A stretch of 64,000 nucleotides of DNA from an uncultured Actinomycetes bacterium. GTDB lineage: Bacteria > Actinomycetota > Acidimicrobiia > IMCC26256 > DASPTH01. The stretch is from contig CAVRGS010000007.1 in assembly GCA_963720765.1 (NCBI GenBank), forward strand, positions 136,663 to 200,662. The letters run 5' to 3'. Shown piece by piece: positions 9,566-20,307 of this stretch (position 1 is the first letter of the stretch; each line of letters starts with the position of its first letter). Below the pieces are notes generated by a model. The model was given only the letters and a program-made list of their open reading frames with translations. It ran no database searches and was not told the DNA's origin. A program made the translations under genes and the position numbers.

Positions 9566-10058
9566 ATGACCGCTCTCCACGAACCCGCCGAGGCCACCGC
9601 CGCATCCGCCGAGTCCGCTCGCTACCGCCGCTTCCGCCTCATCCGCGGCGGGGCCCGCGGTCACGACCACGTGATCGCCGAGCCCCCGCCCAAGCTCGTG
9701 CTGCTCTCCCCCGCGTCCGCCCGCTGGCTGCCGGCGCTCACCGAGGCGCTCGGCCCGTCGTACCGGGTCTCCACCGAGAGCATCGACACGCCCGGCCGCG
9801 ATCGTCGTCGACAGCCGCGACGACGAGCTCGTGCACCTGATCCAGGACCAGCGCAGCTCGACGCGCGTGATCGTCGTGCACACCGGCCACCCGTCGGAGC
9901 AGCCGATGGCCCCGTCGGAGATCCTCGACCTCGGCGCCGACACCTACCTCGCGCCGGTGTCGCTGCCCGCGCTGGCTGCGCACCTGAAGGCGTTGACCAG
10001 ATCGTGGGACGCGTTCCCGCCCCGCCCGGCGGGACCAGCCGCCGGTCAGATCGCGTAG
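9566..10058 (+). CDS. Hypothetical protein with a degenerate receiver-like domain (frameshift near 9795)
   Basis: MTALHEPAEA...PKLVLLSP joined to IVVVDSRDDELVHLI...ILDLGADTYLAPVSLPALAAHLKALTR, which resembles the C-terminal half of a response-regulator receiver. Confidence 0.5.
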
Positions 10059-11102
10059 ACCGACACGTCCGTCGCCTTGACCGTCGCCCACACGTCGACG
10101 CCGTCGTGCAGCCCGAGGTCACCGACCGCCCCTGCGGTGACCTCGGCCACGATGGGCACGGCGCCGTCGACATGGATGCGGACCCGGTCGCCGAGGAGAT
10201 CCACGCCCCGTACGCGGCCGCTCCAGACGTTGCGGGGACTTCCCTCGGGCTGCGCCCGGTGCAGGCTCACCGAGTGCGGCTGGATCGCGACGTACACGTC
10301 GCCCGCGACCGGGTCCGCGGTGATCACCACGCCGCCCTCGCCGAGCGTGACCTCGTGTCCCTGCGCCACGCCCCGCAGCAGGTTCACGCCCACGAGGTCG
10401 GCGACGTAGCGCGATCGGGGCCGGGTCGTCACCTCGTGCACCGGGCCCGACTGCGCGACGCGGCCGTCCTCGAGCACGACCAGCCGGTCGGCGAGCGCCA
10501 CGGCGTCGAGCAGCTCGTGGGTCACGAGCACCCGCGCGCCGCCGAAGGTCGCGAGCTGCGTGCGCAGCTCACGGCGCAGCTCGGTGCGCGTCCCGACGTC
10601 GAGCGCGGCCAACGGTTCGTCGAGCAGCACGAGGCGCGGTTCGGTGACCAGCGCGCGCGCCAACGCGACACGCTGTTGCTGACCGCCCGACAGCGACACC
10701 CGGCTTCGCGCTCGCCGCGATCGGCGAGCCCGACCCGCGCGAGCCACTCCTGCGCCCGGCGACGCGCGTCGCCGCGCCCGACGCCGCGACTCCGCAGCCC
10801 GAACGCCACGTTCTCGAGCACCGTGAGGTGCGGGAACAGGAGGTAGTCCTGGAACACGACGCCGACGCCGCGACGCTCGGGCACGACGAACGTGCCCGCC
10901 GCCGGATCGTCCATCACCAGTGTCGTCGATGCGCGATCGAACCCTCGTCGAGGGGCACCAGACCCGCGAGCGCGCGCAACAGCGTCGACTTGCCCGCACC
11001 GTTGGGACCGAGCACGGCGACGGTCTCGCCGTCGGCGGCGTCGAGCGCGACCGACAGGTCGAAGCGCCCGAGCCGCACGCCGACGTCAGCGCGCAGTGTC
11101 AC
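10046..11102 (-). CDS. modC: Molybdate ABC transporter ATP-binding protein with TOBE domain (frameshifted)
   Basis: [49 protein letters not shown] and a C-terminal TOBE ([10 protein letters not shown]), spread over three frames. Confidence 0.88.
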
Positions 11103-11926
11103 GCCGACTCCCTGTCACGCCGTCTCCGGTCACGGAGGCCCCCGAACCAGTGGTCGCGCAGCGAGACGAGGATCACGATCGAGATCGCGAGCAGCACCAG
11201 GCTGAGCGTGATCGCGACCGGTTGCTTCGTCTCGAGGAGGTTGTACACCGCGAGCGGCGTGGTCTGGGTGCGGCCCTGGATGTTGCCGGCGAAGGTGATG
11301 GTGGCGCCGAACTCGCCGAGGGCACGCGCCCACGCCAGCGCGGCGCCGGCGATCAGCGCGGGCGCGATCATCGGCACGGTCACGCGACGGAACACCGTCC
11401 ACCGACCGGCGCCGAGACTGGCGGCGGCGTCCTCGTAGCGACGGTCCATCGATCGCAGTCCCGCTTCGACGGTGATCACGAGGAACGGCATCGCGACGAA
11501 CGTCTCGGCGAGGATCACGCCCCACTTCGAGAACGTGAACTGGAAGTCGAACAGGTCGTAGATCAGCCCACCGACGAGGCCGTCGTTGCGTTGGAACGCG
11601 AGCAGCAGCGCGACACCGCCGACCACCGGCGGCAACACCATCGGCAGGACGACGAGCGCACGCACGAACGAACGGCCGGGGAAGCGCGCGCGCGCGAGCA
11701 CGTACGCGAGCGGCACGCCGAAGAGCACCGAGAAGAACGTCGACCAGAGCGAGCACTCGATCGACAGGCGGATCGCGTCGCGCGCCGCCGGTTCCTGCAG
11801 CGTGCTCCCGAGATCGCTCCACGGCACCCGCCGCAGGAGCCCGATCAGCGGGAGCGCGAAGAACGCGATCGCGACGACAGCGAGGAGCACCGCGACCAGC
11901 GGCACTCCCCGCCCTCGGCGCCTCAC
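11099..11926 (-). CDS. modB: Molybdate ABC transporter permease
   Basis: [36 protein letters not shown] (EAA motif), [17 protein letters not shown]. Confidence 0.92.
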   Translation of the reverse strand: MRRRGRGVPLVAVLLAVVAIAFFALPLIGLLRRVPWSDLGSTLQEPAARDAIRLSIECSLWSTFFSVLFGVPLAYVLARARFPGRSFVRALVVLPMVLPPVVGGVALLLAFQRNDGLVGGLIYDLFDFQFTFSKWGVILAETFVAMPFLVITVEAGLRSMDRRYEDAAASLGAGRWTVFRRVTVPMIAPALIAGAALAWARALGEFGATITFAGNIQGRTQTTPLAVYNLLETKQPVAITLSLVLLAISIVILVSLRDHWFGGLRDRRRRDRESA

Positions 11927-12741
11927 CCGGTGGGAGGCGGCGGGAGGAACCCGAAGCTCTGCAGCGTCCGCTGGCCGGCCGGCGAGACCGTGTAGTCGAT
12001 CCACGCGCTTCGCGAGGTCCTGGTTGGTGGACGCCGCGATCGGGCGCGATCGGGTAGATCGCGTAGGCGTTCTGCCACGCCGGGATGGGCACGGCGGTCA
12101 CAGCTCGCACCGGCCGCCTTGGCGTCGCGTGACGTACACGATCGCGGCGTCGGCGTCGCCGGTGGTGACCGCGGCGAGCGTGGTCTTCACGTCGGCGCCG
12201 CGCGTGATCTTCGACGGGTCGATGGTCACGCCGGCACCCGACGAGGATCTGGTCGGCGTACTTGCCGCACGGCACCGTCTCACCGCAGAGCGACACGACG
12301 TCGAGCTTCGCGAGGTCGGCGATCGACTTCACCTTCTGCGGGTTGCCCGGCTTCACCACGATCGTGAGCAGGTTCGACGCGAACACCGTCGGCTCGGCGG
12401 TGACCTGTCCGCCGTTCACCAACTTCTGCATGTTGGCGCCGTCGGCCGACGCGAACACGTCGGCGGGCGCGCCGCCCTGGATCTGCGCGGCGAGCGTTCC
12501 CGACGAACCGAAGTTGAACGTGACCGTCGTGCCCGGGTTTCGCTGTCTGGAAGTCGGCGCCCATCTTGGTGAACGCCTCGGTGAGCGACGCCGCCGCCGA
12601 CACCGTGATCGTCCCGGTGACCTTGTTCGCCTTCGCCGCGTGTGCGACGCCGACGCCCCGACGAGCGCCGATGCCGGCGATCAACAGCCGCCGACGAAGC
12701 CGCAACGAATCGCGTCGCTTCACGATTGCTCCCGATCTCAT
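11923..12741 (-). CDS. modA: Molybdate ABC transporter substrate-binding protein (frameshifted)
   Basis: ITVSAAASLTEAF, DVFASADGANMQKL, VPCGKYA, DVKTTLAAVTTGDADAAIVYVT, spread over several frames. Confidence 0.88.
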
Positions 12742-13133
12742 TCCGGTCGTGGGACTTCCACGACCACGTTCGTCGACTTCACGACCGCGACCGCGAGATC
12801 ACCGGGCTCGATGCCGAGGTCGTCGGCGGCCTCACGCGTCATCAGCGACGTCACCCGGTGCGGACCGGCCTGGATGTGCACGACCGCGACCAGGCCGTCC
12901 TTCTGCACCTGGGTGACGACCCCGGGAAACCGGTTCCGGGCCGACTCCAGCACCGGCGGCTCGTCGCTCACCGGCGCGGTCTCGGTGAGGAAGCGCGCGA
13001 GCTCGGCGCCCTCGATGAGCCGCTCGCCGCCCTCGGGCGCGAGCCGAACCTGCCCGTCGTCGACCCAACGCCGGACGGTGTCGGCGCTGACCCCGAGCAG
13101 CTCGGCCACCTGACCCACCCGATACGTCGTCAC
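12738..13133 (-). CDS. HTH (excisionase/MerR-like) plus TOBE molybdate-responsive regulator
   Basis: VTTYRVGQVAELLGVSADTVRRWVDDG...SARNRFPGVV...AVAVVKSTNVVV; first gene of the mod operon. Confidence 0.88.
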   Translation of the reverse strand: MTTYRVGQVAELLGVSADTVRRWVDDGQVRLAPEGGERLIEGAELARFLTETAPVSDEPPVLESARNRFPGVVTQVQKDGLVAVVHIQAGPHRVTSLMTREAADDLGIEPGDLAVAVVKSTNVVVEVPRPE

Positions 13134-13145
13134 AGGTGCGAGACC

Positions 13146-13200
13146 ATACTGCGTCTCAGCCCAGTATATGCAAGTTAGACATGCGACTTGTACCTTGCAT
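13146..13200. promoter_or_regulatory. Divergent promoter region with nested inverted repeats (candidate operators)
   Basis: AT-rich; ATACTG 13146-51 / CAGTAT 13162-67, ATGCAAG 13168-74 / CTTGCAT 13194-200, CAAGT 13171-75 / ACTTG 13186-90. Confidence 0.45.
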
Positions 13201-13273
13201 CTGCCGCTATGGGCACGAGCGAGGTCCGCCGCGTTAGCGTTTGGGCGCCGCACAACAACCAGGGAGCACCGTC

Positions 13274-14790
13274 ATGGCCACCACCGAAACCGATCGCCCG
13301 GCCGCCGTTCAGGGCGAGGTCCGCATGCTCATCGACGGAGAGCTCGTCGAAGCCAGCGTCGGGCAAGACGTTCGACAACATCAACCCCGCCACCGAAGAG
13401 GTGCTCGGCCAGGTCGCCGACGCGTCGGCCGAGGACATGCAGCGCGCCATCGCCGCCGCCCGCCGTGCGTTCGACGAGACCGACTGGTCGACCAACCACG
13501 CGTTCCGCAAGGAGTGCCTGCTCCAGCTCCAGGCGGCGATCGAGGCCGAGGCCGAGGAGCTGCGTCAGGAGCTCGTCGCCGAGGTCGGCTGCCCCATCGC
13601 ACTCACCTACGGTCCGCAGCTCGACGCGCCGCTCGGCGACGCGCTCCGCTGGCCCGCGGAGTTCATCGACCAGTTCGAGTGGAGCCGCGACCTCCCCAAC
13701 GGCACCGCGTTCGGGGGCAACTCCAAGCGCTGGGTCGCGCGCGAGGCCGCGGGAGTCGTCGGCGCGATCGTGCCGTGGAACTACCCGTTCGAGGTGTCCT
13801 CGCAGAAGATCGGCCAGGGTCTCGCCACCGGCAACACCGTCATCCTCAAGCCCGCACCCGACACGCCGTGGAACGCGACGCGCATCGGCCGGCTCGTGGC
13901 CGAGAAGACCGACATCCCGCCGGGTGTGCTCCAGGTCGTCACCTCGTCCGACCACCTCGTCGGCGAGGAGCTCACCACCAGCCCGCTCGTCGACCTCATC
14001 TCCTTCACCGGTTCCACCGTCACCGGCAAGCGCATCTTCGAGAAGGGCGGCGCCACCATGAAGCGCCTCTTCCTCGAGCTCGGGGGCAAGTCGGCCGACA
14101 TCGTGCTCGACGACGCCGACCTCGAGGCGAAGATGGGCATGGCGTGCATGGTCGCGGTGCACGGCGGTCAGGGCTGCGTGATGGCCACCCGCATGCTGGT
14201 CGACCGCAAGATCTACGACAAGGCGATCGAGATCGCGACACCCGGCTTCGAGAACTTCCCGTACGGCGACCCCAACGACATGGGCAACCTGATGGGGCCG
14301 CTCGTGAGCAAGAAGCAGCGCGAGCGCGTGCTCGGCTACATCGAGAAGGGCAAGGAGGAAGGTGCGCGCGTCGTCGCCGGCGGCGGTCGTCCCGAGCAGT
14401 TCGACAAGGGCTGGTTCGTGCAGCCCACCCTCTTCGCCGACGTCACCAACGACATGACCATCGCCCGCGAGGAGATCTTCGGGCCGGTGCTCATCGTCAT
14501 CCCGTTCGACGGCGACGACGAAGCCGTGCGCATGGCCAACGACAACCAGTACGGCCTCGGCGGCTACGTCACCTCGGGTTCCGAGGAGCGGGCGCTGGCG
14601 GTCGGGCGCCAGCTGCGGGCCGGCACCGTCAGCATCAACGGCGGCGTCACCTACGGCGCCGACGCCCCGTTCGGCGGGCTACAAGGCCAGCGGTATCGGC
14701 CGCCAGAACGGCATCGAGGGCTTCCAGCAGTACACCGAGGTCAAGACCTACGGCGTCAACATCCCGGCCGAAGAGTCAGGCGAGCCGCCG
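13274..14790 (+). CDS. Aldehyde dehydrogenase (frameshifts near 13355 and 14680; end approximate)
   Basis: IVPWNYP, LKPAPDTP, SFTGST, LELGGKS, GQGCV, EEIFGPV, APFGG(Y)KASGIGRQNG. Confidence 0.92.
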
Positions 14791-15600
14791 TGCGGGTCAG
14801 CTTCGTCGGAGCGGGCCAGATCGGCGCCCCCATGTCGGAGCGCCTCCTGGCCGCCGGCCACGAACTCACCGTCTACGCCCGCCGGGCCGAGGTGCGCGAG
14901 CACTTCGCCCGGCTGGGCGCGGCGGTGACCGAGTCCCTGGTCGAGGCGGCCGAGGGGGCCGACGCGGTCCACCTCGCCCTCTACTCCGACGAGCAGCTGG
15001 CCGAGGTCACGCTGGGCGAGCGGCGGGTCTCGTCCCTCACCTCGGGCGCGAGACCCTGCTCGTGTCCCACACCACCGGCTCGCCCGCCACGATCCGGCGC
15101 ATCGCCGACGCGGGGAACGGTCACGTGGTCGACGCCCCGTTCAGCGGCGGCGCCGACGACGTGCTCGCGGGTCATCTCACCGTGATGCTCGGCGGCGCGC
15201 CCGACGACGTCGCACGCGCACGCGACACCGTCGGCGCGTACGCCGACCCGATGGTCGACATCGGCGCACTCGGCAGCGCGCTCGTCGTGAAGCTCGTCAA
15301 CAACGCGTTGTTCGCCGCGAACATCCAACTCGTCGCGCAGGCAGAGCAGATCGCGAACGACCTCGGTGTCGAGACTCCGACGCTCGCGCGCGTCATCCAG
15401 GAGTCGAGCGGCGCGAGCTACGTGATGGGATCTGATCGCGATGATGGGCTCCACGACGACGCTCGTCGACGCCGCGGGTCACTACATGCGCAAGGACATC
15501 GACGTCGTGCGCGAAGTGGTCGACGGCCTCGGTGTCGACCTCGGGATCCTGGGCACGGTGCTCGACGGCGGGCCCGCCCGGTTCACGCGCCCGTTGACCA
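14790..15600 (+). CDS. NAD(P)-dependent oxidoreductase, 3-hydroxyisobutyrate/6-PGDH family (frameshifted; end approximate)
   Basis: VRVSFVGAGQIGAPMSERLLAAGHELTVY, VDAPFSGG, VKLVNN, YMRKDI. Confidence 0.82.
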
Positions 15601-15714
15601 GGTCGCGCACCGCAGCTGAGAGCCCGCTGACCAGCACCGATCCCTTCGACGGCAGAAGGTCCGGTTCGGGCCGGTACAGTGAATCTCCCGGCGCGCAGGG
15701 CGGTGCGCCGACAT

Positions 15715-15792
15715 GGTGGCCGTAGCTCAGTTGGCTAGAGCGCCGGGTTGTGGTCCCGGAGGTCGGGGGTTCGAAACCCCTCGGTCACCCCA
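15715..15792 (+). tRNA. tRNA-His (GTG)
   Basis: G-1 plus GTGGCCG...CGGTCAC-C-CCA, anticodon arm CCGGG-TTGTGGT-CCCGG, T-loop GGTTCGAAACC; TACAGT -10 upstream. Confidence 0.97.
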
Positions 15793-15816
15793 GCGCGGAC
15801 CCGGCTGCGGCGAACG

Positions 15817-16730
15817 TCACGCCGCAGCCGGTGCCGCCAACACCGCGCGCAGCGCGTCGTCGAGCTGCGGGTGCACGAACTCGTAGCCGCTGCTGCTCGA
15901 GCACCCGCGGCACGACACGCTGTCCCTTGACGAGCAGATGCTCCACGAGCTCCGCGCCGTACACGGCCTTCAACGGGAACAGCGGCGTCGGCAGCACGGT
16001 CGGGCGGTGCACGCGCGTCACCGAGTGCCTTGGTGAACTCGACGTTCGTCGCCGGGTTCGGCGCGGTGAGGTTGGCCGCGCCCCGCACCGACTCGGCGGT
16101 GAGCAGGTGGCGCATCGCACCGACGTGGTCGTCGAGGGCGATCCAGCTCATGTACTGATCGCCCGATCCGATCCGGCCACCGAGACCGAGCTTGAACGGC
16201 AGCAGCATCCGCTGCAGGGCGCCCCCGTGAGCGGCCAGGACGATGCCGGTACGGAGATGGACGACCCGGATCCCGGCCTCCTCCGCAGGTGCGGTGGCGG
16301 CTTCCCAGGCGACGCAGACCTGGGCCGGGAAGTCGTCACCCGGAGCCGACGTCTCGGTGATCTCCTCGGCACCCCGATCGCCGTAGTACCCCACCGCCGA
16401 CCCGGAGAGCAGCACCTTCGGCGGACGGCCGAGGCCGGCCAGGGTGCGGGCGAGGAGGTCGGTGCCCTGGGTGCGGCTCTCGAGGATGAGCTGCTTGCGC
16501 GCCGGGGTCCACTTCTTGTCGCCGATGCCCGCCCCGGCGAGGTGCACGACGGCGTCGACCCCCTCGATGCCGGCGGCGTCGATGGTGCCCGCGGTCGGGT
16601 CCCAGCGGACGTCGTCGGAACCTTCCGGGTCGGTGCGCACGAGCCGGACGACGCGATGGCCGTCGGCACGCAGGCGAGGGATGAGCGCGGAAGCGATGAG
16701 ACCGTGGGCACCGGTGACGAGCACATCCAT
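15817..16730 (-). CDS. TIGR01777-family NAD-dependent epimerase/oxidoreductase (frameshifted near the 3' end)
   Basis: MDVLVTGAHGLIAS, AVVHLAGAGIGDKKWT, SGSAVGYYG, RTGIVL, GGRIGSGDQYMSWI. Confidence 0.9.
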
Positions 16731-16777
16731 GTTCGCACCGTACCCCCGGTGTCGCGCATTCGTCCCCGCTTGCTCGT

Positions 16778-17798
16778 TCAACGACCGATGTCGGACTGCT
16801 TCGCCGCGCGCACCAACTCCTTCGCGTCGGCGTCGACGAGGAATCCAGCTCGACGCGCCGCGTTCGTCGCTCGGGTCCACGCGACCACGAACGCGCGATG
16901 GTCGGGGTAGAGCGCGGTGAGTTGCTCCGACGTGAACGGCGTGGTCGACCCGAACAGGAAGCAGAACGACGTCCCACCCGCGCTCACGCCCGTGAGGGTG
17001 GCGACGGGCGCGTCGACCGCCGGGGTGCGTCTGCCACCCAGCGTGTAGCCGTGCGCGTCGACCGCAAACGTGAGCGGCGTGTCCGACGTGGTCCGCATGC
17101 GCGGTGCCGTCGGCGGTTCCTTGCCCTTCCCCACCCACTGGTTGAGCCTTCCCCACCCACTGGTTGAGCCTTCCCCACCCACTGGTTGAGATGGTGACAG
17201 GCGGCGTCGAGGACGTAGTGCGCGGGTCCGGTGTTGATCGGCGCCGCGCACGTGAAACCGCCGACCGGCTCGCTGGTCGGGTGCAGCATCGCTTCGAGCA
17301 CCGCGGCCCCGGCCTGGCCGTGACCGGTGTCGGAGGGACCGATGCTGAGGCCGTACTGGTCGTAGTGCGCGGTGCCGGGCACCTCCCAGAGGCGGTAGGT
17401 GCTGGTGTCCGGTTGGCGCGCCGCACCGTTGCTGAAGGTCGCGTCGGTCTCGGTCATGAACACGAGGACCGGCACACCGACATCGTCCCGGATGGGAGCA
17501 CCATCGGCTCGCGAATGCAGCAGGAACCCGTCGTACACGTGGGCGAGCGGGTGAACGGCGTCGATGTAGGTCGTCAGCAGGACCGCCGACTGCGATACAC
17601 CCGCAGCGATGAGATGGCGAGGATGCAGACCGCTCAACAGCGTGCGGGCGTCGTCACGCACGGCCTCCCCGGCCTGCGAGCAGATGTCGTACGAGAAGTC
17701 GTCACCCGGGTGCGACAGACCGGCGTCGGCATGGCGACCGCGCACGCGCCCAGTGCCGCCGCGCACCTCGTCCACCAAGGTCGACCACCCACGCGCAT
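16778..17798 (-). pseudogene. Degraded secreted alpha/beta-hydrolase-domain gene (internal deletion plus 22-bp triplication)
   Basis: A signal-peptide-like start (MRVGGRPWWTRCAAALGACAVA) joins out of frame to LSHPGDDFSYDI..AAGVSQSA..TYRLWEVPGTAHYD. The C-terminus (GGRRTPAVDAPVATLTG...GFLVDADA) is in another frame beyond the repeat. Confidence 0.7.
17125..17190. repeat. Perfect tandem repeat, 3 x 22 bp (CCTTCCCCACCCACTGGTTGAG)
   Basis: Units at 17125-17146, 17147-17168 and 17169-17190 with no spacers. Confidence 0.97.
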
Positions 17799-17979
17799 CC
17801 CCCCTGGTGCGGCCCCATCCTTGCCCGTGGGAATCGGTGAGGTCAGGGCACCACGCGGGCCTTCCGCGCGTGCGCCCCGACCACGCCCAGCGCCACATCG
17901 GCGGACGCGGGCGCCGGGTGACGTTTCCGAGGCTCGTCGGGGAATCCCGAGCGAGTAGATTCGCACCTCGCACCAACGA

Positions 17980-18056
17980 GCGCCCCTAGCTCAACTGGCT
18001 AGAGCAAATGACTCTTAATCATTAGGTTCCGGGTTCGAGTCCCGGGGGGCGTACCA
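17980..18056 (+). tRNA. tRNA-Lys (CTT)
   Basis: GCGCCCC...GGGGCGT-A-CCA, anticodon arm AATGA-CTCTTAA-TCATT, T-loop GGTTCGAGTCC; TAGATT -10 upstream. Confidence 0.97.
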
Positions 18057-18098
18057 CTCCTCGATCTTCCCGCGGGCGCGGGCGAACGACCCCGCCGA

Positions 18099-18659
18099 TC
18101 ACGCGAGGACCTCACCTGCGACGACCGTCGCCGCCAGCGCGGTGCGGTGGTCCTTGGTCCAGGGCGGTCCGAACGCCGCGCGCGGCCCGTCGAGCACCGC
18201 GTGCATCCGGTCCCCGAGCACGGCGGCAGCCTGCCCGATGACGGCCTTGGCCTCGTAGCAGTGGATCGCCCACCCTCGTTCGCGCGCGAGCTCGACGAGC
18301 ACCTGTCGGTACATCACCGCGTCGGCGCGGGCCTCGTACGGCGCGCGCCGCAGCACCGCGATGTCGACGGGGAAGTTCGCGGGCAGCGCCCGGAGCGAGA
18401 TCGAGGCCACCGGTCCGGTGACCGATCCCGCGAGCTCGTCGAGCGCGTCCCCCGTCGCGCGCGCGACCGAAGCGCGCACCTCTGCGACCAGGGCCGCGGC
18501 GCCTGCGTCGTCGAGGTGCTTGCTCTCGTAGTGGATCGGCGCCTCGGTGACACCGGGTTCCACCAGCGCGATCCGTCGACGGTCGACGACTTCGTGGCGA
18601 TCGGTCGCCGTGATCGCCACGGCCCACCCGAAGTGATCGGCGACGCCCACTCGCAGCAC
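18099..18659 (-). CDS. Conserved hypothetical protein
   Basis: VLRVGVADHFGWAVAITAT...VVDRRRIALV...EAPIHYE...FGPPWTKDHRTALAA is the protein-like C-terminal part of ORF 18099..19586. Confidence 0.7.
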   Translation of the reverse strand: MLRVGVADHFGWAVAITATDRHEVVDRRRIALVEPGVTEAPIHYESKHLDDAGAAALVAEVRASVARATGDALDELAGSVTGPVASISLRALPANFPVDIAVLRRAPYEARADAVMYRQVLVELARERGWAIHCYEAKAVIGQAAAVLGDRMHAVLDGPRAAFGPPWTKDHRTALAATVVAGEVLA

Positions 18660-18704
18660 GAGTCGGACCCTACGCGACGCATTCGGTACACGTAACGTTC
18701 CGCG

Positions 18705-19484
18705 ATGGAGCTCGACCTGGAGTTCGACCTGGGTGGGGGCGGGGTCAACGTGCCGCTGCTCGTGTGCTTCGCTGCGTTCGTCGTGACGTTCCTCGTGACC
18801 CGCACGATCACGCGGATGATCCGCGCCGGCAAGGGGCCGTTCCGGGACAACGTGTCGAGCAGCGGGCTGCACGTCCACCACGCCGTCCCCGGCATCGTGC
18901 TCCTCGTCATCGGCGCGTTCATGGCCGTCGCCACGACCGGGTCGGGCTCTGCGTGGCCGATCGTTGCGGCGCTGCTGGTCGGCGTGGGCACGTCGTTGGT
19001 GCTGGACGAGTTCGCGCTGATCCTGCACCTGCAGGACGTGTACTGGGCCGACGAGGGTCGGATCTCGGTCGAGATGGTCAGCCTGGCCATGGCGTGCCTC
19101 GGGCTCGCGGTGGTCGGACTCACGCCCTTCGACGTGCGCGGCGTCCAAGGCGGGGTCGAGGGTGCGGTCGCGCTCGTGCTCGCGATCGCAACCGTCCTGT
19201 GGCTCATCGTCGTGAGCGTGATGAAGGGCAAGTACAAGCTCGCCCTCTTCGGCGCGTTCATCCCGCTGATCGCACTCGTCGCCGCAGTGCGGCTCGCCCG
19301 GCCTGAGTCGCGCTGGGCACAGCGTCGGTACGGACCCGAGAAGCTCGCTCGCGCACGGCAGCGCGCCGCTCGCTACGACGCGCGCTTCGGTCCAGCCACC
19401 GCGTGGATCAGCGATTTCGTCGCCGGGAAGCCGTCGGCAGCAGATCCACCGCCGAGCGCGCGTCCGGCGCCGCGCGAGGCCTGA
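18705..19484 (+). CDS. Integral membrane protein (actinobacterial, unknown function)
   Basis: TRTITRMIRAGKGPF...LHVHHAVPGIVL...LVLDEFALILHLQDVYW; about 6 TM helices; TAACGT -10 six nt before the ATG. Confidence 0.8.
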   Translation: MELDLEFDLGGGGVNVPLLVCFAAFVVTFLVTRTITRMIRAGKGPFRDNVSSSGLHVHHAVPGIVLLVIGAFMAVATTGSGSAWPIVAALLVGVGTSLVLDEFALILHLQDVYWADEGRISVEMVSLAMACLGLAVVGLTPFDVRGVQGGVEGAVALVLAIATVLWLIVVSVMKGKYKLALFGAFIPLIALVAAVRLARPESRWAQRRYGPEKLARARQRAARYDARFGPATAWISDFVAGKPSAADPPPSARPAPREA

Positions 19485-19606
19485 GCGTGCAGCATGGCGT
19501 GCGGTCACGATGCGCCGCCGGCCGACCCGCGCGTACCGTCGCAGTGCTCGAGCCGATCGCCGACAGGTAGGTTCTACCGAGATCATCGCCGCGCAGGAGG
19601 ACGCAC

Positions 19607-20254
19607 ATGACGCCGACCACCTCGCTCGAGTCGCAGCTCGACACGATCGCCGCGCAGCTCCCCGGCGCCTTGGCCGAACGGATCGCGGCGGCCGCGTCCG
19701 AGGTCACGGCGTCAGGCGTCGCGAACGGCGTCGCGGTCGGAGAGCGTGCCCCTGCGTTCGCCCTTCCGGACGCGAGCGGACGGGTGGTGACGCTCGACGA
19801 CCTGATCGCACGAGGTCCGGTCGTGGTGGTCTTCTACCGGGGGGCATGGTGCCCGTTCTGCGACCTCACGCTGCGTGCCTTCCAGGCTGCGCTCCCCGAT
19901 CTCCGCGCCCGTGGTGCGTCACTCGTCGCCATCAGCCCGCAAGCACCCGATCGTGCACTCTCGGCAGTCGAACAGGCCGCGCTCGAGTTCCCCGTGCTGA
20001 GCGACGTGCAGCAGCGCGTGATCGGCGAGTACCGCGTTCGCTTCGAGATCCCGGCCGACCTCCAGGCGCTCTACCTCGACGACTTCGGGTTCGACCCACG
20101 CCGGCAGACCGCTGACGGAAGCTGGAACCTCCCGATCCCAGCCATCTTCGTCATCGGTCGCGATGGGATCGTCGTCGCGAGCCACGTCGACGCCGACTAC
20201 CGGCACCGGATGGAACCCTCGGCGGTGCTCGACGCGCTCGACTCGACACCCTGA
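19607..20254 (+). CDS. Peroxiredoxin-like AhpC/TSA family protein
   Basis: APAFALPD, VVVFYRGAWCPFC, LVAISPQ, LPIPAIFVI; AGGAGG RBS. Confidence 0.9.
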   Translation: MTPTTSLESQLDTIAAQLPGALAERIAAAASEVTASGVANGVAVGERAPAFALPDASGRVVTLDDLIARGPVVVVFYRGAWCPFCDLTLRAFQAALPDLRARGASLVAISPQAPDRALSAVEQAALEFPVLSDVQQRVIGEYRVRFEIPADLQALYLDDFGFDPRRQTADGSWNLPIPAIFVIGRDGIVVASHVDADYRHRMEPSAVLDALDSTP

Positions 20255-20307
20255 GCCGTCGACCCGAATCAGGTTGCTACGGCTGACCGATCGGGTACCA
20301 CACACAC

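Noticed and set aside
8093-16730. Programmed ribosomal frameshifting or mass pseudogenisation
   Set aside because: The breaks show no common slippery motif, also hit normally essential genes such as clpP elsewhere in the window, and are not accompanied by nonsense codons; sequencing error is more parsimonious.
17125-17190. Three identical 22-bp units as a possible mini CRISPR array
   Set aside because: The units are head-to-tail with no spacers, lie inside a coding remnant, and no cas genes are present.
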